Shown: positions 26,618-32,000 of the stretch, one piece after another | Layout: each line of letters opens with the position of its first letter | Position numbering within the stretch: the stretch's first letter is position 1 | NCBI RefSeq assembly: GCF_001623075.1 | Contig: NZ_LMCF01000121.1 | Span: forward strand, 7,901-39,900 | Length of the DNA stretch: 32,000 nucleotides | Source: Pseudovibrio sp. Ad37 | Lineage (GTDB): Bacteria > Pseudomonadota > Alphaproteobacteria > Rhizobiales > Stappiaceae | Reading direction: 5' to 3' | Program-made: the position numbers and the translations under genes | The notes under the pieces: model-generated | What the model saw: only the letters and a program-made list of their open reading frames with translations | Database searches by the model: none | What the model was told of the DNA's origin: nothing

Positions 26618-27562
26618 TCAGGCGTCTTCCAACTGTGGTTCCGGTGTTCCAAGCAGTTGCTCAGCTTCCCATTGCTTGTAGGTCTTGTTGGTGCCTTCCA
26701 GTTTCCAGGATTTTTGACCATTGGAAGAACGACCATTCACGATCGCCGCCGCAGCGCTGGGGCTTTTAAAGGCGTAATCAGCTGCAAAGTGCGCACTGCT
26801 ACCCGCGCTGACAATAACACCTGTTTTATCCAGCTCCTTGCGCAAGGTTTCATAGGATGTGACGCGCCCGCCTTTGCCTTCCCAGCGCGACCGCACAACC
26901 GAGCCCTTTTCAACGATGAACTCACCCTCCTCCAAACGCGCTTTTGCGCAGAGACCGTGTTTTGGTGTGAGCAATTCAAAGCGCACAGAACTGGCATTTT
27001 GCACTGTCGAAGCTAAGGAACTGGTAGTGAACGCTTGCTCTGGTGCCGCGCTGCTGCGTTTACTTTCGACAAATAAGTCAATGCCGAGGGCGGGAAGGAT
27101 CATGTAAAGGTTTTCCAAAAAACCTTCCATATTGGCGATGGTGGCCTCGCTGACCTGTGGTTGTTGTGGAATTTGGGCATTGTCAAGGATCACACGGCCA
27201 ACAGAGGCGGCGCGCTCATAGCTGCGCGCCTCTAAAAATCGGACGTGGGCTTTGTTCAGCTTGTTATCAGCTGTGGTGACAAACACCGCCTTCGTCCACC
27301 AGTCTTTTTTGGAATCGTGGGTGCGAATGCGTTGGCCAATATCCTCCGTCTCGCCAATATAGGCGGTGGGCTCGCCGTCCTGTTCACCCAGCAGAATATA
27401 AATGCCGGTGTAGCTGGCCTCCGCCCGCACCAGTGCTTGCTTGATCTGCGTGCGAGGGACGAGGAGCACATGGCCTGTCCAGTTGAACAGCTCTGCCACC
27501 AGAAGGCCATCGGGGCGGCCATCGACAAAAAACAGCTCCAGTGATCGGCCTTTGGTGGTCAT
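26618..27562 (-). CDS. GIY-YIG nuclease domain protein with a DUF4357-like C-terminus, embedded in the Type I operon
   Basis: 314 aa from the ATG at 27562 (GGGAGAA upstream; the track start, TTG 27574, is less likely). Motifs TGIYILLGE...AYIGETEDIGQRIRTH...FLEARSYE, with C-terminal YAFKSPSAAAAIVNGRSSNGQKSWK. Confidence 0.85.
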   Translation of the reverse strand: MTTKGRSLELFFVDGRPDGLLVAELFNWTGHVLLVPRTQIKQALVRAEASYTGIYILLGEQDGEPTAYIGETEDIGQRIRTHDSKKDWWTKAVFVTTADNKLNKAHVRFLEARSYERAASVGRVILDNAQIPQQPQVSEATIANMEGFLENLYMILPALGIDLFVESKRSSAAPEQAFTTSSLASTVQNASSVRFELLTPKHGLCAKARLEEGEFIVEKGSVVRSRWEGKGGRVTSYETLRKELDKTGVIVSAGSSAHFAADYAFKSPSAAAAIVNGRSSNGQKSWKLEGTNKTYKQWEAEQLLGTPEPQLEDA

Positions 27563-27609
27563 GTGTTCTCCCAATCGTCCACTTGTGCCCGTATCTGCAA
27601 GTTTGTGCC

Positions 27610-28902
27610 CTACGCAGATGCTTGCGTTAAACTTGCAGATTCTTCAGCAGGTTGAAAGGTGCCTTTCGGTGGTTCCCAGTCGCGCACATCAATCTTGCCT
27701 GTCACCGCAGCCGAGATAAGGGCTGTGCGACGTTCTTTGAGGAGGGTGATGGCGGATTTGGCTTTTGAGACCAATTCTTGCGTAAGACTATCTGATTTTA
27801 CTAAGAATGCGGCAATCTCTTTTTGCTCCTTATATGGTGGCAAAGTCAAAGAAAGCTTTTCAAATTTCTCAGGTTCTAAGCGCCACTGGCTTGGCCGGAT
27901 TCCATTCGAAATTGATTTGTAGACATCGGGCATGATTTTGCAGCGCAATGCAAAATGAATGTATTGAGAATGCTCTGAGTGGATAGCTCGATAAACAACG
28001 TAATCTGGGCTAGTTATTCCTTTAAATGTTGAAACTCCAAGTGAACCTTGCCATGCCTTCATTTTGTTGATGACGAGATCGCCAACCTCAATCAACTGAT
28101 ATGATGTGAGATCCTCTGGTGTTTTGTTGTTGTTGTCGTCTCGAGAGGATTTCTTGATCACGCCAAAGTCTCGATAGACAGAGAGAACTTCTAAGTCGGG
28201 ATGATCTTGCCTCTTTGATTGAAGAAAGAGGTGCTTCAACTGCGTGGCGTCCCAATGCTCCGGCACATCGCCGAGCCAGTCGATGCCGGAGGGGCGTAAG
28301 GGGGCGTCTGGGTTCAGGCCTTTGGTGACGGCGTGAGAGATCACCGCCTGCCGCTTTTCTTCCAGCAACCCAATCAACCGCTCCTGCCTCTCTATCAACC
28401 GGTCAATCTTCAAAGTTTCATGGTCGAGAAACCTGGCGATCTGTTGTTGTTCCGTAAACCGCTTTGGTATGGCGAAGGAGTAGTTTCCTAGATGCTCTTG
28501 GGTCATGCTAGGCAAAGCTGTATTAGTGGAGTATCTATCGAACTGAATAGTTGTTGCCAAGTAGTATAGAAATTTGGCGGGAGTATCAGGGGATACTTCC
28601 GTGTAATACATTGTATCCACGGTCCAAAATGGCTCGTTAATGTATAAGGGGCGGTCGATAGTTCCTTTTCGCCCTAACAATACAGATTCTTTGCAGTACA
28701 TTGGTTTTGCTGCGTAGGTAAACTGTCCTCCTGAACCTAGGACAGGATAGCCACTTTCTGCTTCAATTTGCTTATAGTCTTGCCCATTGCGAATAGACGC
28801 AAGGTGCTTTAGGCGCTTTACACCCCACCCATTCGGAATCTCTCCAAGCCACTCTAAGCCGCTCTCTTTGTACGCCGGATATGCCTTATACTTGCCAGCC
28901 AT
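27610..28902 (-). CDS. hsdS: Type I restriction enzyme S (specificity) subunit with two target recognition domains
   Basis: 430 aa. Conserved central (IARFLDHETLKIDRLIERQERLIGLLEEKRQAVISHAVTKGL) and C-terminal (IAAFLVKSDSLTQELVSKAKSAITLLKERRTALISAAVTGKIDV) helices flank two variable TRDs. TAATG overlap with hsdM. Confidence 0.93.
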   Translation of the reverse strand: MAGKYKAYPAYKESGLEWLGEIPNGWGVKRLKHLASIRNGQDYKQIEAESGYPVLGSGGQFTYAAKPMYCKESVLLGRKGTIDRPLYINEPFWTVDTMYYTEVSPDTPAKFLYYLATTIQFDRYSTNTALPSMTQEHLGNYSFAIPKRFTEQQQIARFLDHETLKIDRLIERQERLIGLLEEKRQAVISHAVTKGLNPDAPLRPSGIDWLGDVPEHWDATQLKHLFLQSKRQDHPDLEVLSVYRDFGVIKKSSRDDNNNKTPEDLTSYQLIEVGDLVINKMKAWQGSLGVSTFKGITSPDYVVYRAIHSEHSQYIHFALRCKIMPDVYKSISNGIRPSQWRLEPEKFEKLSLTLPPYKEQKEIAAFLVKSDSLTQELVSKAKSAITLLKERRTALISAAVTGKIDVRDWEPPKGTFQPAEESASLTQASA

Positions 28903-31223
28903 TAGGAGTGAACCTCCTGAAGCAGCTGCATGATTTCTGCGCTCACTGCGTCCAGTTCAGCGTCGATCTCTTCCAGTGCCCGTGGGGGCTGGTAGACATA
29001 AAAATGTCGGTTAAAGGGGATTTCATAGCCGACAATGCCGATTTCAAAGTCACGCTCATCTTTCTTGCCTGCGTCAATCCACGCTTCTGGCACATGAGGC
29101 TTTACCTCGCGGGCGAAGTAATCCTCATTAGCCTCATTGACGGAGCGGGACGGGTCCAGCGGCACGTTTTCATTATCGCGCAGGTCGCCATCTGGCTTGT
29201 ACTCCACACTCTGCCCGTTCACAGCAAACAGGCCATAGGTTGGGTTCGGTGCCGTGGCCTTGTGGACCTTTTTGATAACAGGAGCAGCCTGCGGGTTCTT
29301 CCAGCTGACAGCGGTCGTGATTTGCTTTTTGGCAGCTGTTTCCAGCTTGATGGCGGTTTGCTTTTGTGCGGCCTTCAGCGTGTCGTCAAAGGCGTTCATG
29401 TCGTCATGCTGATCTGTGCCGATAACCGCTTGCAGGGCTTTGGCGCTGAGCAGAATGGCCTTCTGTCCTGTCCATGTATCCCGCTTCAGCAAGTCCTTGA
29501 TATGCTTTTCCTTCAGCTCTGCAAAGCTGGCTTTGATGTGGGCGCGGATTTCTGTCTCATGCTCCGCCAGATCGCCATAGCGTGGGCAGTCCGGTGCGTC
29601 TGTCCAGTTCCCCCCATAAGTCTCAAAGATCCACTGCATCACAGTACCCAGTGGTTTTGGAGCAAAGCGCAGGGTCTCCAATCGCTCATCAGAAAACTGG
29701 AAGCTTTCGCGCAAGGGGCGTTCAATGGTCAGGCGGCGATAACCAAACTCATGTGATTGGAAGATTTTGGAGGCAAAGGTTTTCAGCTCAGCCTTCTTGC
29801 CATTTGCAGACTTGCGCCCGCGTGTGCTGGCAGGTTCTTCTGCCTTGTCCAGCTCTTGCACCTCCACCACCTCAAATGCGCCGAAACAGCGGGTGATGGT
29901 GCGGATGTCGTCTTCGCTCATCTGGTTGCGTTTGGAGCCAAGAGACTTGCGCATCTTGGAATAAAGGTTCGCCCCGTTTATGAGCTGTACCTGCCCTTTG
30001 CGCTCAGCGCTCTTTTTATTGCTGAGCACCCACACATAAGTGGCAATGCCGGTGTTGTAGAACATATCCGTTGGCAGCGCGATGATGGCTTCCAGCAGGT
30101 CAGCCTCCAAGATGTAACGGCGGATTTCACTCTCACCTGAGCCAGCGCCACCCGTAAACAGCGGAGACCCATTGAGGATGATGCCGATACGCCCGCCGCC
30201 TTCATGCGTGTCCCGTAGCTTGGAAATGAGGTGCATGAGGAATAGCAGCGACCCATCTGACACACGCGGCAGGCCGGGGCCGAAGCGTCCATCATGGCCT
30301 TTCAGGGTGTGCTCGTCCTTGATGGTGCCTTCAATCTTTTTCCAGTCCACCCCAAATGGTGGGTTGGAGAGCATATAATCAAACTTGTCGGCGTAGAGCT
30401 GGTCCTGGCTGAGCGTGTTGCCAAGCTTGATATTATCAACTTCCTGCCCCTTGATCAGCATATCCGCTTTACAAATGGCATAACTCTCCGGGTTCAGCTC
30501 CTGCCCAAAACCGCGCATAACCGCTTGCGGGTTAAGCTCGTGCACATACTCCATACCAGAAGACAAAAACCCGCCAGTCCCTGCGGTGGGATCATAAATG
30601 GTGCGAATAATACCCGGCTTTGTCAGCGCGTCATCATCCTCCATAAACACCAGTGACGTGGTGAGGCGAACGATATCGCGCGGGGTGAAGTGTTCACCAG
30701 CCGTCTCGTTGGAACCTTCCGCAAAGCGCCGGATCAGTTCCTCAAACACCAGCCCCATTTCATGGTTGGAGATGTTTTGCGGGCTGAGATCTGCCTCACG
30801 AACGCGCTGTACCACTTTGTAGAGCAGATTGGCCTCTGCCAGTTGAGCGATAAACTCGGCAAACTTGAAGTGCTCGAAGATCTCGCGGGCATCCTTGGAG
30901 AAGCCCTGAATGTAGTTCTCCAGATTGTCCTTGATGCCCGTTTCGCCAAGCTTGGACATATCCATTCTGGAGATGTTGTAGAACGACAACCCAGCGGCCC
31001 GCAGCAACAGCTTCTCCTGCGCCTCTTCTGGCAAGTTCATCGACTTGAGCTTCTCAGCCTGCGCTAACACCGCATCCTTACTGCCTTCCAGTACGCACTC
31101 AAGGCGGCGCAGCAGTGTAAACGGCAGAATAACGCGGCCATACTGGCTTTGCTTAAAATCTCCGCGCAGCAAATCAGCAAGAGACCAGATGAAGGCAGCT
31201 AGGTTATTGGTTTGATGAGACAC
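28902..31223 (-). CDS. hsdM: Type I restriction enzyme M subunit (N6-adenine MTase), long form of 773 aa
   Basis: HsdM N-terminal region ([37 protein letters not shown]), motif [12 protein letters not shown], motif [15 protein letters not shown] start. About 250 aa of C-terminal extension beyond the catalytic core. Confidence 0.95.
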   Translation of the reverse strand: MSHQTNNLAAFIWSLADLLRGDFKQSQYGRVILPFTLLRRLECVLEGSKDAVLAQAEKLKSMNLPEEAQEKLLLRAAGLSFYNISRMDMSKLGETGIKDNLENYIQGFSKDAREIFEHFKFAEFIAQLAEANLLYKVVQRVREADLSPQNISNHEMGLVFEELIRRFAEGSNETAGEHFTPRDIVRLTTSLVFMEDDDALTKPGIIRTIYDPTAGTGGFLSSGMEYVHELNPQAVMRGFGQELNPESYAICKADMLIKGQEVDNIKLGNTLSQDQLYADKFDYMLSNPPFGVDWKKIEGTIKDEHTLKGHDGRFGPGLPRVSDGSLLFLMHLISKLRDTHEGGGRIGIILNGSPLFTGGAGSGESEIRRYILEADLLEAIIALPTDMFYNTGIATYVWVLSNKKSAERKGQVQLINGANLYSKMRKSLGSKRNQMSEDDIRTITRCFGAFEVVEVQELDKAEEPASTRGRKSANGKKAELKTFASKIFQSHEFGYRRLTIERPLRESFQFSDERLETLRFAPKPLGTVMQWIFETYGGNWTDAPDCPRYGDLAEHETEIRAHIKASFAELKEKHIKDLLKRDTWTGQKAILLSAKALQAVIGTDQHDDMNAFDDTLKAAQKQTAIKLETAAKKQITTAVSWKNPQAAPVIKKVHKATAPNPTYGLFAVNGQSVEYKPDGDLRDNENVPLDPSRSVNEANEDYFAREVKPHVPEAWIDAGKKDERDFEIGIVGYEIPFNRHFYVYQPPRALEEIDAELDAVSAEIMQLLQEVHS

Positions 31224-31725
31224 GAAGAGTTTCCAGAATGATTAGGAGGCAGCAATTGTGGTCACTATCAACACCCCACACACGCCGAGTAAATACCGGA
31301 AGCTAACTAATTAGAGCATTTAGTTCTCAGAGCCGCTTTTTTCCAAACAAAACACGTGACAAAGACTGATGCTATGCGGGAACACTCAACTCTCGATAGA
31401 TTTATCTGATTAGCTAGAAATACCTTGTCGCAAGCGCAATAACTGTTTAGACGCTCCATCCTTCGCACCTGCAGCGAAGGACCGGCCCGATCACAATGTG
31501 GAGCGCGTCAGCACACAGACAAGCACCTAGCTTTTCAGCCACTCTCACCACCGACCGTTCAATTTAGCGCCAGTCCGTAGATTGCAATCTATGAATTTCA
31601 CAACCAACTTAGAATATCTCTCTTGCCCTAAGCCTTAGGAGAACCTGACGTCATTTGCCAGCCATCTCTTTGCATCTGGCGTCTCAAGACTGGATCAAAT
31701 GTTGACGTGGTGTTGACGCGAACGC

Positions 31726-31757
31726 AAAAAGCCCTGAGCGGTTGGCTCAGGGCTTTT
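31726..31757 (-). terminator. Rho-independent (bidirectional-looking) terminator ending the rrn operon
   Basis: GCCCTGAGC-GGTTG-GCTCAGGGC: a 9-bp perfect stem flanked by A5 and T4. On the minus strand it is followed by TTTTT, 30 nt downstream of the tRNA. Confidence 0.7.
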
Positions 31758-31786
31758 GCTATCATACCAGTATGATTGGGATATTT

Positions 31787-31863
<77 letters not shown>

Positions 31864-31918
31864 GTAAAATGTGTTTGTTCTGTTTCATTTTGAGAGATTG
31901 TCAGTGTGGATTATTCAT

Positions 31919-32000
31919 GCCCGGCGGCGCCCTACTCTCCCGCGTCTTAAGACGAAGTACCATTGGCGCAGGGGCGTTTCACTTCCGAGTTCGGGATGGG
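31919..32000 (-). rRNA. rrf: 5S rRNA, 3' portion (truncated by the window edge)
   Basis: The reverse complement reads CCCATCCCGAACTCGGAAGTGAAACG...GGGAGAGTAGGGCGCCGCCGGGC, matching the conserved 3' two-thirds of bacterial 5S. The 5S-tRNA-fMet order is typical of alphaproteobacterial rrn operons. Confidence 0.9.

Larger units (their letters stand above)
23288..31223 (-). other. Type I restriction-modification locus hsdM-hsdS-(GIY-YIG/DUF4357)-hsdR
   Basis: Four co-oriented genes; see the individual CDS entries. Confidence 0.93.

Noticed and set aside
10543-27574. Longer track starts for four genes (10543, 12744, 22433, 27574)
   Set aside because: Downstream starts (10594, 12774, 22451, 27562) have better SD spacing or classic stop/start overlaps. 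The upstream extensions would run into the preceding gene or a terminator. Tape measure start 12744 remains possible.
28124-28135. (TTG)x4 trinucleotide run in hsdS TRD2, and a similar short run near 28440, as possible phase-variation tracts
   Set aside because: Only 3-4 in-frame units are present, so slippage would not shift the frame, and this is far shorter than known contingency repeats.
28881-29756. 291-aa + strand ORF; similar ORFs at 25196-25702, 26120-26572, 29757-30140 and 30294-31067
   Set aside because: All lie entirely antisense to hsdM, hsdS or hsdR, which have unambiguous motifs. They have no SD or family features, so they are shadow ORFs.
31243-31315. Strong SD-like AGGAGG on the + strand followed by TTG/GTG starts, giving 16-18-aa ORFs
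   Set aside because: The ORFs are tiny with no recognisable features. The AGGAGG may be fortuitous or part of the hsdM 5' leader on the other strand.

Overview
The window looks like an alphaproteobacterial chromosome segment with three blocks. (1) From 1 to about 23.1 kb, + strand: the late/structural half of a siphovirus-type prophage. It encodes a ParB-domain DNA methyltransferase, lambda-type TerS/TerL(GpA)/gpW/portal, a prohead protease-major capsid fusion, a DUF2190 decoration protein, neck genes, tail tube, chaperones and tape measure. These are followed by homologues of RcGTA distal-tail genes g12-g15, a DUF2793 protein, a holin-like protein and a PG-binding amidase endolysin. Three reverse-strand inserts (morons) interrupt the module: an acidic 137-aa ORF (116-529), an alpha/beta hydrolase between capsid and decoration genes (8355-9161), and an AT-rich PD-(D/E)XK-like nuclease gene between the g14 and g15 homologues (16720-17205). 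(2) From 23.3 to 31.2 kb, - strand: a Type I R-M operon, hsdM-hsdS-X-hsdR, where X is an uncharacterised GIY-YIG/DUF4357-type nuclease gene sitting where prrC sits in EcoprrI. (3) From 31.7 to 32.0 kb, - strand: the distal end of an rrn operon (partial 5S rRNA, initiator tRNA-fMet, terminator). The best candidates for undescribed biology are the R-M-embedded GIY-YIG gene and the nuclease moron in the tail-tip module. Secondary observations are a likely -1 frameshift site (A_AAA_AAC plus hairpin) in the tail chaperone gene, an SD-preceded in-frame internal start in the protease-capsid fusion, and a GGTTCGCAC repeat cluster at the left edge. All functional calls rest on motif/family recall, synteny and hand inspection. 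No database search or folding program was available.
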